DNA of 64,000 nt from an uncultured Candidatus Binatia bacterium. GTDB lineage: Bacteria > Desulfobacterota > Binatia > UBA9968 > CAXXLF01. This document shows positions 1 through 10,300 of this stretch, piece by piece; within the stretch, counting starts at the first letter, position 1, and each line of letters starts with the position of its first letter. A program made the translations under genes and the position numbers. The notes under the pieces were generated by a model. The model was given only the letters and a program-made list of their open reading frames with translations. It did no database searches and was not told the origin of the DNA. Location of the stretch: NCBI GenBank assembly GCA_965218425.1, contig OZ244621.1, forward strand, positions 1,728,001-1,792,000, written 5' to 3'.

Positions 1-733
1 GTATCTCTTCCACTGGATCCGTGGACAGGGAGACGCGGATGGTGTCCCCGATTCCTTCGGCCAACAAGGTACCAATGCCCACTGAGGATTTGATACTGCC
101 CATGGAAGGGGTTCCCGCCTCCGTGACCCCAAGGTGAAATGGGTAGTCCACCTTGTCTGCGAGCATTCGGTATGCCTCGATCATCATAAGGGGATCGGAA
201 GCCTTGAGGGAAATCTTGATTTCATTGTAGCCCAGGTCCTCCAGGATCTGAACATGGCGAAGCGCGCTCTCTACCATGCCTTCGGCGGTTGGGCCGTTGT
301 GCTTTTGCAAGAGGTCCTTCTCCAAGGAGCCCCCATTGACGCCGATGCGAATAGGGACCCTGCGCTCGGAGACGAGCTTGATCACTTCCTCGATGCACCA
401 ACGGGCGCCGATGTTCCCTGGATTCAGCCGCAGGCCGTCCACTCCCTGTTGCAACGCGATAAGGGCGAGCTTGTAGTTGAAGTGAATGTCCGCCACCAGG
501 GGGATGCGGATCTTTCTTTTTATCTCGCCGAGTTGTTCCGCCGCCTCGCGGACTGGGACTGCAACCCGCACGATGTCGCAACCAGCCGCCTCAAGGGCCC
601 AGATCTGGTCAACGGTTGCCCGCACATCCCGGGTGTCCGTCTTGGTCATGGACTGGACCGAGATAGGGGCATCATCTCCTATGAGAACCTTGCCTAGTTG
701 AAGGGGCCGGGTTTTTCTCCTTGCAAACACCAT
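1..733 (-). CDS. ispG: (E)-4-hydroxy-3-methylbut-2-enyl-diphosphate synthase IspG/GcpE, 5' part (runs off the window start)
   Basis: Not in the ORF track. Manual minus-strand translation from ATG at 733 gives MVFARRKTRPLQLGKVLIGDDAPISVQSMTKTDTRDVRATVDQIWALEAAGCDIVRVAVP, the typical IspG N-terminus. Confidence 0.93.
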   Translation of the reverse strand, partial: MVFARRKTRPLQLGKVLIGDDAPISVQSMTKTDTRDVRATVDQIWALEAAGCDIVRVAVPVREAAEQLGEIKRKIRIPLVADIHFNYKLALIALQQGVDGLRLNPGNIGARWCIEEVIKLVSERRVPIRIGVNGGSLEKDLLQKHNGPTAEGMVESALRHVQILEDLGYNEIKISLKASDPLMMIEAYRMLADKVDYPFHLGVTEAGTPSMGSIKSSVGIGTLLAEGIGDTIRVSLSTDPVEEI

Positions 734-980
734 TCAACTATAAAAGAACGGGTGCAGAGGGTCAACCCCAGGTTTGGTGGGATGAGCTTAATGGCTTTCC
801 TTGGTAATCCTGTCCATCGCTCACCTGGTTCTTCGGTACCCTTTGGAACTTTCTGCAGTTTGCAGGCATCGCTGGATTGCTCAACCAAGGGGCGAATCTC
901 AAGGCCGCCGGCAATCCTGCAAGAAACGGAGGGGCGGAGGGAGTAAAGAGGGAGCTCGCTAAACGTAAAATCCGTTGACT

Positions 981-2498
981 TCAAGCCCTGCCCTCTTTGG
1001 AGTCAGTGACCCAATCGAAGGTTCGAGTCACCGCTTTTTGCCACTGATTATAAAGGATCTCACGACGGGCTCTAGACATCCTCGGCTTCCACGTCTTTCC
1101 TTGACTCCAGTGCTTGCGCACAGCGTCCGTGTTTTGCCAGAACCCCGTGGCCAAACCCGCCGCATAGGCGGCACCCAGCGAAGTGGTTTCGGTGATCCGC
1201 GGCCGGACAATTGGAATCCCCAGTATGTCGGCTTGGAACTGCATAAGCAGTTCATTGGTCACCATGCCGCCGTCAACTTTGAGCATCTTTATTTTGGCGC
1301 CTGAGTCCTTTTGCATCGCCTCGACGATCTCGCGGGTCTGATAAGCAGTTGCCTCCAACGTTGCACGGGCCAGGTGGCCTTTGTTGACATGGTGGCTCAT
1401 ACCGACGATCACGCCGCGCGCGTTATCCTTCCAGTAGGGCGCGTATAAACCGGAAAACGCCGGTACAAAATAAATGCCTCCGTTGTCCTGCACCGAGTAT
1501 GCCGAGCCTTCCACGTCGGCAGCCCGCTCAATGATGCCCAAATTGTCTCTCAACCACTGCACCAGGGCGCCGGCAGTGGCAATGGATCCTTCGAGCGCGT
1601 AGACCGCCTTTTCCTTTCCCATTTGATAGGCGACCGTTGTAATCAGGCCATGCTTGGAGTGTACTCTCTTGGCGCCCGTGTTCAGGAGTAGGAAACAACC
1701 AGTGCCGTATGTGTTCTTCGTTTCTCCCGCTGCGAAGCAGGTTTGCCCGAACAGGGCCGCTTGCTGATCGCCGAGGTCTGCGGCTATGGGAACGCCGGCC
1801 AGTGGGCCCTGTGCGTGGCCATAGAGTTCGCTGGAGGATTTTATCTCGGGCAGCATGGCGCGCGGTATGCCCATGATCTCGAGCAACTCCTTCTCCCAAT
1901 CGAGTGTTTTCAGGTTCATCAGCATAGTACGACCGGCGTTTGTGACATCCGTAACGTGTACGCCACCTGAAGGCCCCCCGGTCAAATTCCAGATCAACCA
2001 TGTGTCTATGTTGCCTAACAGTAGTTTCCCTTGCTTGGCGCGCGGGCGGGCGCCGCTGACATGGTCGAGAATCCACTTGATCTTGGGAGCGGAAAAATAG
2101 GTGGCTAAGGGCAACCCCGTCCGGCGCCGGAACCGATCTTGCCCACCTTTCTTCGCCAGGTCACGGCAAATGTTGGCGGTGCGCGTGTCCTGCCACACCA
2201 CAGCATTGCAAATGGGCTTTCCCGTGGCGCGTTCCCACACCACCACGGTTTCACGCTGATTGGTCACGCCCACAGCGGCGATCTTGTCGGGCTTGATTTT
2301 GGCTTGCCCCAGGGCGTCCACGATGACCTCTTGGGTGCGTTGCCAGATCTCCAAAGGATCGTGTTCGACCCAGCCGGGTTTGGGATGGATCTGTTTGTGT
2401 TCTAGCTGAGCCGCGCCAACCACATTGCTAGCATGGTCAAAGATCATGAAGCGTGTGCTGGTGGTTCCCTGATCGATTGCCGCAATGTATTTGGCCAT
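981..2498 (-). CDS. glpK: Glycerol kinase
   Basis: [47 protein letters not shown] motifs; 505 aa. Confidence 0.96.
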   Translation of the reverse strand: MAKYIAAIDQGTTSTRFMIFDHASNVVGAAQLEHKQIHPKPGWVEHDPLEIWQRTQEVIVDALGQAKIKPDKIAAVGVTNQRETVVVWERATGKPICNAVVWQDTRTANICRDLAKKGGQDRFRRRTGLPLATYFSAPKIKWILDHVSGARPRAKQGKLLLGNIDTWLIWNLTGGPSGGVHVTDVTNAGRTMLMNLKTLDWEKELLEIMGIPRAMLPEIKSSSELYGHAQGPLAGVPIAADLGDQQAALFGQTCFAAGETKNTYGTGCFLLLNTGAKRVHSKHGLITTVAYQMGKEKAVYALEGSIATAGALVQWLRDNLGIIERAADVEGSAYSVQDNGGIYFVPAFSGLYAPYWKDNARGVIVGMSHHVNKGHLARATLEATAYQTREIVEAMQKDSGAKIKMLKVDGGMVTNELLMQFQADILGIPIVRPRITETTSLGAAYAAGLATGFWQNTDAVRKHWSQGKTWKPRMSRARREILYNQWQKAVTRTFDWVTDSKEGRA

Positions 2499-2662
2499 TC
2501 TAGCTTTCCCGCGTCATTTCCCTGGTAAATCAGAGATAAGCACTTGTCAATTTATTTCGGTTGCGACAAAAGTGTAGGTCCTCTCCCGTCATATCTATTG
2601 GGCGCAATGGTGTAGACCAATAGTGAGTTTGATGATTTGTCGAGTTGTCGTGATTCACGTGA

Positions 2663-2967
2663 TCAGGCGATGACCCTGGCGAGCTCATCATAGTTTTGCA
2701 GCTGGAAGGGCGTTTCCCCCGCTCGATATCGTGAATCATTCCCAGCACCGCATTACAAAGAGGCACGGGTATACCTACCCTCTCTCCCTCTCGAACCAGG
2801 TGCGCAAGCGTATAATCCACTTCCGTTGCAATCCCCTGCTGTATTTGGCGGAGCGGTCCCTTGCGATCCTCCACCTTCCATGACTTTGCGTATTTATTTA
2901 TGACCGCCAGCCGATCCTCGAAAGGCTTGGCCGGGTGGAGGTCCGGTGGATTGTATTCCGCCGGCAA
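2663..2967 (-). pseudogene. C-terminal remnant of a ketopantoate reductase (PanE/ApbA)-family protein
   Basis: TEVDYTLAHLVREGERVGIPVPLCNAVLGMIHDIERGKRP resembles the ApbA C-terminal region. A shifted frame continues LQNYDELARVIA* to 2663. No N-terminal Rossmann domain. Confidence 0.55.
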
Positions 2968-3025
2968 ACCGCATGCTTTTCGTCCGCACAGATGGTTGCC
3001 AACGCAGCGTCCGCGCCAACACCGG

Positions 3026-6000
3026 TTACGAGGTTTGCTTCAAAGATTTTGGTGAATTGGCGGGTGTGGACGTGTTTATGCGTTCTAATCCGAACAGGCG
3101 CATCAATATTGGTTTCAAGTCGTCTCCTACGGCGTATAAGCATGGAACCAGGATCAAGGTGAGGAGGGTGGCGAAGGAGAGTCCCCAGACCACCGAGATG
3201 GCCATGGGAGAGAGAAACTTGGCCTGACCTGTGGAGAAGAAAGCTAGAGGAACCAAACCTCCAACTGTTGTCACCGTTGTAAGCAGAACGGGCCTGAGAC
3301 GGGTCATGCCCGATTTTAGGATTGCTTCGTCTGTGGGTGTTCCCTCCTTTTTTGCGCGATTGACAAAATCCACCAGTATCAGTGAGTCGTTTACCACAAC
3401 ACCGATCAGGGCAATCAGTCCCATCATGGAAAGAAAACTCAAAGGTTCTCTCATGATCAGGTGACCGATGACGACGCCGTCCAAGGCGAAGGGTATGGCA
3501 GCCATCACGATGAGGGGTTGGAGGAATGATTTGAAAAGCGATCCTAGAATAAAATAGATCCACAACAGGGCCAGCAGCGAGATCTGCGGTAGTGCGGCCA
3601 GGGATTCTTCAAACTCCTGCCGTTCGCCCTTGATGATCACCCGGTAACCTGGAAAACGGCTCCCCACATCGCTGAATTTCTTTTTCAATCGTTCGGTAAC
3701 TTGAAAAACCGTTGTCTCCCGAACGTCCACGTCGGCCAGTACGCTGATGGCCCTTTTCTGGTCGTCGCGCCGAATCTTGCTATTGCCCACGGCGGTTTGC
3801 AGCTCGGCGACGTCGCGCAGAAACACGCGTTGCCCTGAGGAGAGCGTCAGCTTCAGGTTGGCTACCGTCTCCAGGTTTTGACGTGCGGCCTCCGGAAAGC
3901 GAATGACGATGGGCACGTCTTCATCCCGGCGCTGGATAGTTGAAGCCTCCACGCCAAGAAAACCCTGCTGTACCTGTCGGGCAATTTGACCGAGGTCCAG
4001 TCCGAGGGCGCGCGCTTCAGGGCGCAGAGTGATCTGCAACTCTTCCTTCCCCTCGGTAAAATCATCCCGTACGTCACGCACGCCGGGGATCCCGTTCAAA
4101 AAACTTTTCATTTCTTCTGATAGGTTCCGTAAAGCGTCCAACTCGTTTCCCACCACCCGGGCCTCAATGGCGGGTCCACCGGGGCCGGCCTGAAGTTTTA
4201 GGAACTGTATCTTTGTGACGCCTGGGATTTCTGCGATCCCACTGCGGATCTCCGCAATGACGTCATCTGCGCTTCGACTTCGGTAGTCCCCGAGCTCCAC
4301 CATGAGTTGCCCTAGATTGGGCCCTCGTTCCGCGCGGTGCACGTCCAGGACGCTGACCCCCACATTGGTTGCTAAAGATTTAAGCTCACCGGGAGGCAGT
4401 CTTAGAACGACCTGTTCCGCCCGCTTCGCAATCTCAAGGGTGTCTTCAATCTTTGCTCCAGGTGATGTTTCGAAGTTTGCCACGAATTGTGAGGACTCGA
4501 ACTCCCGGAAGAGGACGAATTTTACCCGGTAAATGGCAGTGGCTCCCAGGATCACGGTGACGCATATCAAAAGGGCGATGGTTACATAGCGCCACCGCAG
4601 GGCTACCGTTAGTAGCGAGCCGTATGCCGTGCGTAGTCGCCGCAACCAGCCCTGCTCCCTTAGCCGGACCTTCTGAGCATAGGCGGGGGTAATAATATCT
4701 GATAGATGGGAGGGCAGGACTAAAAGCACCTCAAAGATTGAGGCTAACAATGCAAAGCACACCACAAAAGGGATGGGCTTCAAAAAGACCCCCATGGTTC
4801 CAGGCAACAAGCCAAGGGGAATAAATGCCGCTACGGTGGTGAGCACCGTGGCTACCACTGGCCATGCCACCTCTGAAGTCCCCTGGATGGCTGCCTGGTG
4901 GGAGTCCATTCCGCCTTCCACGTAACGGTAAACGTTTTCGGTCACGATAACGGCGTCATCCACCAGGAGGCCGAGAACCAGGATCAAACCAAAGAGCGAG
5001 ATCATGTTCAGGCTGATGCCATACCACGACATACAAACGATGGCACCGAGCATGGCAAATGGAATCCCAAGACCGGTGAGAAAAGCAATGCGGGTCCGCA
5101 CAAAGACCCACAGGGTGGTCAGGATGATGAGCAGACCTATGAAGCCGCTCCATTTTAGCGTGTTCAAGCGGTTTTTAATAAAGACCGAGAAGTCATTGTA
5201 AAGGCCAATGGTGACAGTCTGGGGCAATCTCTCTCGGAGCTCCACCACGTAGTCGCGAACCTGTGCAGCGATATCGATGGCGTCTCCCTCACGTTCCTTC
5301 ATCACCACCAGGTTGATTGCGGGCTGGCCGTTGTAACGCCCCATGGTGGTGGCATCCTTAAAGGTCTCTCGGACTGAAGCGACGTCGCCTACGGTTAATG
5401 GGTGACCCGCTTCTTTCGCTCGAAGGATGATTCTCTCCACATCCCGGACACCCTCTGCCTCTCCCAGGGTTCTTAACAGGATTTCACCCCGGGCGGTCTT
5501 CAACGTCCCTCCAGGGACATTTCGGTTGTGGCTGGCGATGCTGGCCCTTACGTCATCCAGGCTCAGTCCGTACTGGTCGAGCCGTTGGGGGTCCACCTCC
5601 ACCCAAATCTGCTGTTCACGAATTCCTAGGATCTGGGCTGCGGCTACCCCAGGGATTCTACGCAGGTCGTCACGAACGTCTTTAGCCATATCCCGAAGGG
5701 TTGACTCTTCGATGTTTCCGGCCAGTGACAGGGTGATCACTGGATAGGTGGATTTGACTTCGCTCACCTGGGGTTCTTCGGCCTTTTCCGGTAACTCCGT
5801 GACGAGATCCAGTGCTGCTCTGACGTCACTCAGAGCCTGGCTCATCTCAGTATCCGGTTGGAATTTAATAAATATGTCCGATCGACCCTCCTGAGATACG
5901 GACAAAAGCTCGTCCACGTCGTCCACCTGGGCCACTTCCTCTTCGATCTTCGCGGTGATGAGCTTTTCTACTCCCTCAGGGGAGGCACCGGAATATTCGG

Positions 6001-6148
6001 TAATCACCTGGACTGCTTGACGGGAAAACTCTGGGAACATCTCCCTGGGCATTCCAACGTAGGTTACGATACCGGCACCCAGGACCAGAACAATGAGCAG
6101 GTTGACCAGCACCCGGTTTTCGACGGAGAACTCCACCAGTTTCTTCAT
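3026..6148 (-). CDS. RND efflux transporter permease (AcrB/MdtB-like)
   Basis: 1040 aa; GLLVDDAVIVTEN, GVVVNDSLILVDF and RLRPVLLT motifs. Confidence 0.95.
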   Translation of the reverse strand: MKKLVEFSVENRVLVNLLIVLVLGAGIVTYVGMPREMFPEFSRQAVQVITEYSGASPEGVEKLITAKIEEEVAQVDDVDELLSVSQEGRSDIFIKFQPDTEMSQALSDVRAALDLVTELPEKAEEPQVSEVKSTYPVITLSLAGNIEESTLRDMAKDVRDDLRRIPGVAAAQILGIREQQIWVEVDPQRLDQYGLSLDDVRASIASHNRNVPGGTLKTARGEILLRTLGEAEGVRDVERIILRAKEAGHPLTVGDVASVRETFKDATTMGRYNGQPAINLVVMKEREGDAIDIAAQVRDYVVELRERLPQTVTIGLYNDFSVFIKNRLNTLKWSGFIGLLIILTTLWVFVRTRIAFLTGLGIPFAMLGAIVCMSWYGISLNMISLFGLILVLGLLVDDAVIVTENVYRYVEGGMDSHQAAIQGTSEVAWPVVATVLTTVAAFIPLGLLPGTMGVFLKPIPFVVCFALLASIFEVLLVLPSHLSDIITPAYAQKVRLREQGWLRRLRTAYGSLLTVALRWRYVTIALLICVTVILGATAIYRVKFVLFREFESSQFVANFETSPGAKIEDTLEIAKRAEQVVLRLPPGELKSLATNVGVSVLDVHRAERGPNLGQLMVELGDYRSRSADDVIAEIRSGIAEIPGVTKIQFLKLQAGPGGPAIEARVVGNELDALRNLSEEMKSFLNGIPGVRDVRDDFTEGKEELQITLRPEARALGLDLGQIARQVQQGFLGVEASTIQRRDEDVPIVIRFPEAARQNLETVANLKLTLSSGQRVFLRDVAELQTAVGNSKIRRDDQKRAISVLADVDVRETTVFQVTERLKKKFSDVGSRFPGYRVIIKGERQEFEESLAALPQISLLALLWIYFILGSLFKSFLQPLIVMAAIPFALDGVVIGHLIMREPLSFLSMMGLIALIGVVVNDSLILVDFVNRAKKEGTPTDEAILKSGMTRLRPVLLTTVTTVGGLVPLAFFSTGQAKFLSPMAISVVWGLSFATLLTLILVPCLYAVGDDLKPILMRLFGLERINTSTPANSPKSLKQTS

Positions 6149-7395
6149 GGCGAAAGATTCCTTGTTCTCGCCACTCGGATGGCAGCTTTATCGCGGAGAA
6201 GGGGTTGCCCGCTGATGACAAGCAGATCGCCGGACTTGAGTCCTTGCGCGATCAGGTGGCGGGAGCCAAAGGTTCGTGCGACGGTAACGGACCTGCGCTC
6301 AGCGGTCCGCTGCTCCGGGTTGGCTACGAAGACCGAAGGTTTTCCGGAGTCGGTAAGGACACTGGAGCGAGGAACGAGGATAGCGTTCGGGTAGGTGCGA
6401 ACGGGTATCTGGGCCCGGGCAAACATCCCCGGCAAGAGCCGCGTGGGGCCAAGGTTCTCCACCAGAACCTCCACCGGAAAACTCCTGGTTTCCTCATCGG
6501 CTCGGGGGCCAATGTAAGCGACTCTACCTTGGAAGGCTTGGGATGATACGCTGACCGAAATATCGACAACGGTGCCGCGACGAATAAACTCGATGTCATC
6601 GGGGGGTATCCTGAGGAGGAGCTTTACTCTGCTAAGTTCTGCGAGACGGAAGAGCACTTTTCCTGGCGCTACCTGTTCACCAAGAGTGACGGTTTTTTCC
6701 GTTATGACCCCGGCGAAAGGTGCGAGCACCTGAGTGTCCTCAAGGGATTCCTGGGCCCGGGCTAGTTCCGCCTCGGCGGAAGCCAGCTCCGCCTCGGCCA
6801 CCGTGTGGTCCACCTCGGCCTCCCGGAGTCCGCTTTGGGTAAGCTCCATTTCCTCTTCAATCCTATGGAGAGCCAATTCTGCTCGTTCCGCCTCTTGCCG
6901 AGATATGAGGTCCCGTCGAAGCAAATCCATGAGGCGGCTGTGCTCGGCGCGGGCGAGGCGAAGTTTTTCCTTGTTCAGGGGAATGAGCCTCTTTTGTCTC
7001 TGGATCTCAACTTCTTTCGATTGGACCCCCGCCTTGGCACGGGCAACGTGGGCTGTGCGATACTTGACCTCTATGGCAAACGAAGTAGGGTCAATTTCGG
7101 CCAATAGGGCGCCTTTTCCCACGGCAGCCCCCAATTCAATTTCATCCGGGATCAGTGCGATGGGACCCGAGACCTGAGCGCCTACTTCCGCCTCACGAAC
7201 GGCCTCAACGGTTCCCAGCGCCTCCAGGCGGTAGGTAAACGGACTCGGGTTAATGGCGGCAACTTCCACGGCCACGGGGTTCGGTTCTGATTTTGGCGTG
7301 GTTGGTTCTTCCACCGATTGTATCAGGTAAACACTTGCCGCCGTAAGTAGGGTCATGGCCAAAACTGTAAAGAACGAGCGTTTGCGCTTGGTCAT
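6145..7395 (-). CDS. RND periplasmic adaptor (membrane fusion protein)
   Basis: N-terminal TM segment, long coiled coil, APFAGVI and LLPGMFAR motifs; 4-nt overlap with the RND gene. Confidence 0.93.
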   Translation of the reverse strand: MTKRKRSFFTVLAMTLLTAASVYLIQSVEEPTTPKSEPNPVAVEVAAINPSPFTYRLEALGTVEAVREAEVGAQVSGPIALIPDEIELGAAVGKGALLAEIDPTSFAIEVKYRTAHVARAKAGVQSKEVEIQRQKRLIPLNKEKLRLARAEHSRLMDLLRRDLISRQEAERAELALHRIEEEMELTQSGLREAEVDHTVAEAELASAEAELARAQESLEDTQVLAPFAGVITEKTVTLGEQVAPGKVLFRLAELSRVKLLLRIPPDDIEFIRRGTVVDISVSVSSQAFQGRVAYIGPRADEETRSFPVEVLVENLGPTRLLPGMFARAQIPVRTYPNAILVPRSSVLTDSGKPSVFVANPEQRTAERRSVTVARTFGSRHLIAQGLKSGDLLVISGQPLLRDKAAIRVARTRNLSP

Positions 7396-7994
7396 GGCCG
7401 AAGACTCCTTAGAGTAGATGCGATAAGATTCTTTCGCATCAGGTCCAAATCAAATGCGTTTCGGTCGCAGAGCCACTGTAGTACCAGCCCATCCAAGGAG
7501 GCCAAGATGCTTGCGGCAGTGAGGGTCGGTTCAACTTGCCGAAAGGATCCACTTCGAGCGCCGGCGTCGATGATGGCGGCAACATCCTTTCGAGCATCGT
7601 CATAGGCTTGGCGCATCTGAGTCTTTAACAGTGCCTCTTGCCGTCCTCTTCCGCCCTCAGCCCAGAAGTCAAAAAACACCAGAAAAAAGGGTTCCCAGGC
7701 TCGAAAGGTTTCAAAGGCCGCCTCGATAAAACGCTCGAGCATGAGGGTTGGTTCACGGATCTCGGAGAGCTCTTTCATATAAAAGCTCTTCAACTCGGTT
7801 AACATGTGCTTGTGTAGCGCTAAGAAAAGATCGGCCTTACTCTTGAAGTATTCGTAGACCGTTCCCTTGCCGATTCCCGCATCCTCAGCTACTGACTCCA
7901 TCTTTGCCCGATGATAACCGTCCCGCGCAAATACCTGCATTGCCGCCTGGAGAATCTCCCTGCGCTTTTTATCTTTATCAACGATAATAGGCAT
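7392..7994 (-). CDS. TetR/AcrR family transcriptional regulator
   Basis: HTH motif VAEDAGIGKGTVYEYFKSKADLF; first gene of the efflux operon. Confidence 0.95.
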   Translation of the reverse strand: MPIIVDKDKKRREILQAAMQVFARDGYHRAKMESVAEDAGIGKGTVYEYFKSKADLFLALHKHMLTELKSFYMKELSEIREPTLMLERFIEAAFETFRAWEPFFLVFFDFWAEGGRGRQEALLKTQMRQAYDDARKDVAAIIDAGARSGSFRQVEPTLTAASILASLDGLVLQWLCDRNAFDLDLMRKNLIASTLRSLRP

Positions 7995-8014
7995 TTAGAT
8001 TGTTCTTCCTTTAA

Positions 8015-8032
8015 TGACCGACCAACCGGTCA
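8015..8032. promoter_or_regulatory. Putative TetR operator (TGACCG-N6-CGGTCA)
   Basis: Perfect 6-bp inverted repeat between the predicted promoter and the tetR start. Confidence 0.65.
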
Positions 8033-8036
8033 CTTT

Positions 8037-8065
8037 ATATTACACAAGAAATCTGCGGCCGTCAA
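8037..8065 (-). promoter_or_regulatory. Sigma70-type promoter of the tetR-MFP-RND operon
   Basis: Minus strand TTGACG-N17-TAATAT. Confidence 0.6.
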
Positions 8066-8096
8066 GGCACGTGAGGGGGGTGGCGGAGGATGTCGG

Positions 8097-8276
8097 ATGG
8101 AACGCACCCCGTTTATTCCTGCCCAGTGCGATGTCTTCGGTGGTCTGGATGTGGATGAGAAAAGCATTGGGGCGACCTTCATCAGCCATGAAGGATTGCT
8201 CAAGCCGTTGAGCCCGCCCCTCGATCCATTGACTGCTAACCGCAGTGCCGTTCAGGAAGTCGAATCGTCAAACTGA
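8097..8276 (+). pseudogene. IS110-family transposase N-terminal remnant
   Basis: MERTPFIPAQCDVFGGLDVDEKSIGATFISHEG matches the IS110 first catalytic motif (GLDV.K.S); GGAGG RBS upstream; truncated. Confidence 0.55.
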
Positions 8277-8759
8277 TTTGGCCAAATAGCCGGCGATCAG
8301 ACCGGCAATGAGCGGGAAAAGAAAACTTGCAATTATTCGAATGGCAAAGAGCCTTGGACCCAGGATACTGACTTCGTAAAATGCAATCCCACCGCCCCAG
8401 ATGGCCCATGAAGTAATAAAGGTCGTGACGGTGGCAACACTTGCTCCCGCCTGATAGAGCGATGCAGCGACTGGGAAACTTACAAAGGGACCACCGAATA
8501 TGGCAAAACCAGCAAGATAACCGACTGCAATCCCTTTTAACCCAGACTCTTTTCCCAGCCATCCTTGAATGACGGTCTCGGGCAAGAGGACTTGGATGTA
8601 GCCCGCGATCAACGTGGCACAGACAAAAGCAGGAATGATAGCAAAAAGCGTCTTTATGCCTTTTGACATACCCGAAATGTGGCGGCCGTCGCCCTGAAGA
8701 TAGGCGCCGAGGGCGAGCAGTAAAACAATGGTAACGAGCATAATATTCATTGCTTTCAC
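8268..8759 (-). CDS. Predicted small permease (ArsP/DUF318-like half transporter)
   Basis: Hydrophobic 163 aa with WLGKESGLKGI and GGPFVSFPVAASL; GGAGG RBS before the GTG start. Confidence 0.75.
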   Translation of the reverse strand: MKAMNIMLVTIVLLLALGAYLQGDGRHISGMSKGIKTLFAIIPAFVCATLIAGYIQVLLPETVIQGWLGKESGLKGIAVGYLAGFAIFGGPFVSFPVAASLYQAGASVATVTTFITSWAIWGGGIAFYEVSILGPRLFAIRIIASFLFPLIAGLIAGYLAKSV

Positions 8760-9104
8760 AGGTGTCCTCCAGTAGTGATTAATTACCCGTAACCTGGGTA
8801 GGTCCGCTCGAACCTAACAGCGAATGGACGAGGCGTAAATCCAAATCGCAACTTGTCTTGTTCCGCGCACGCCTCAATTGGTTACCCGCGTAATCCGTTC
8901 CTCCGCCAAGTCTACGGCATCCCGTCATACATAAGGGGGGGCTACCGCAGCGGTTCATTTTCGAGACTGGCAGCCAAAAATGCCGGACCCTTTTGTACCT
9001 AATATACGTCCATTTATTCGCCAATAGGACAAATTTGTTCGTCCTAATCAGCTAAGGCTGTGCACTGCCCGACTATAACATATTTATTTTATTAAACTCG
9101 TGCC

Positions 9105-9120
9105 TGGCATGTGGCTTGCC
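9105..9120 (+). promoter_or_regulatory. Sigma54 (-24/-12) promoter
   Basis: TGGCAT-GTGGC-TTGCC with canonical GG-N10-GC spacing, preceded by an AT-rich tract (~9075-9097) and a TAGGAC...GTCCTA inverted repeat (~9025-9046). Confidence 0.55.
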
Positions 9121-9234
9121 AGGCTTAAATCCGATTGGGTTTTCCCTCTGAATGCCGCTCCAAGGAGCCAGCACCGTCTTTACAGGGGAAAAATTAGCAA
9201 TTTGTCCCACCTAATGATTGGGAGGAAGGCGTAA

Positions 9235-9672
9235 ATGGAATCTATCACGTTCGTCATTGCCGTGGCGGCTCTGTTGATTGCAGGTATGGCGTTTCAACGC
9301 ACCGGTGGAATCGAGGAACTCAAACGGCAGGTGGAGGCTCACACGTTCAGGACGGATGGAATGAGGGATCGTACCTCAGATGTCCTAGACCGTCTCGAAC
9401 GAGTGGTAAGAGGAAAGAAAGTTCCGCTGCCAGTAAGTCCGAATCGGTCTAGAGCCATCAGACGGGTGTCCCTTGGCGAGGCTATCTTTCTTTCTCGGTG
9501 TGGTATTCTTGCGCAGATCAGCTCCAACCTAATCCTACCCGGTTCTTTTCTATGGGCGTGCCCCATCGCCGTCGTGCCAAAGCGACAAACCTTCCATGTT
9601 GGATTGCAGGAACCGCTCAAAAGAAAAAGATATTGGGTAGGAAGTAGAAAGCTCTTCCCTGCGATCATGTAG
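9235..9672 (+). CDS. Hypothetical membrane-anchored protein; only the first ~62 aa look genuine
   Basis: GGAGGAAGG RBS, N-terminal TM helix plus short coiled coil; the C-terminal half looks like non-coding read-through. Confidence 0.45.
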   Translation: MESITFVIAVAALLIAGMAFQRTGGIEELKRQVEAHTFRTDGMRDRTSDVLDRLERVVRGKKVPLPVSPNRSRAIRRVSLGEAIFLSRCGILAQISSNLILPGSFLWACPIAVVPKRQTFHVGLQEPLKRKRYWVGSRKLFPAIM

Positions 9673-10300
9673 GGGACTTGTTCGAAAGGTTGGAACCTTC
9701 CAACTCTTTTAATTTTTGTTTTATTTTTTTAATCAGGTTGTGGTAGGATGAATTTGAAATGACCCGGTTGAACTGAGAGCGGTAGTTATTCACCAGGCTG
9801 ATATTCTCAGCTACTATGTCGTAAATTCGCCATTCCTCGTTGGTACGAATCAGCTTATAGTTAACTAAAAAAATTTTACCCTTCCCGCTGACGATCTTGG
9901 AATCCACCCGGGCGTAAATGTCGTCCACGATTTCACCGGTAAAAACCACCGTCTCACCATCATAGAGGTCGATATGCCCCGCATAGCTCCTCTCTAGGAG
10001 ATTCGTAAAGAGGCGGACAAACTCGTCTTGTTCCTCCGCAGACAACTGACGCCAATGGAATCCCAACGAACGCCTGGCCATCTCTGGAAAGTTGAACAGG
10101 GGGTATACAACCTCCCGCAACCGGTCCAGGTAAACCTGTTTGCCATTCTTAGAACGAGTTTTCGAATCACTGAGGATCTCGATCCCTTGTTCAACTACGA
10201 ATCGGATCCTCTCCGTAGGCTCGCCTGCCCGAATGGAATCAGGCGCCGGGAGGGAGATGAGAATTACGAAAGCAACCCATGTCGCCAATCGAGATTTCAC
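9665..10300 (-). CDS. MlaC/Ttg2D family phospholipid-binding periplasmic protein
   Basis: FNFPEMARRSLG and WRIYDIVAENISLVNNYRSQF motifs. Start more likely GTG at 10300 than 10438. Confidence 0.85.
   Translation of the reverse strand: MKSRLATWVAFVILISLPAPDSIRAGEPTERIRFVVEQGIEILSDSKTRSKNGKQVYLDRLREVVYPLFNFPEMARRSLGFHWRQLSAEEQDEFVRLFTNLLERSYAGHIDLYDGETVVFTGEIVDDIYARVDSKIVSGKGKIFLVNYKLIRTNEEWRIYDIVAENISLVNNYRSQFNRVISNSSYHNLIKKIKQKLKELEGSNLSNKSPT

Noticed and set aside
134..697. 187-aa plus-strand ORF
   Set aside because: Antisense shadow of ispG, which lies on the minus strand.
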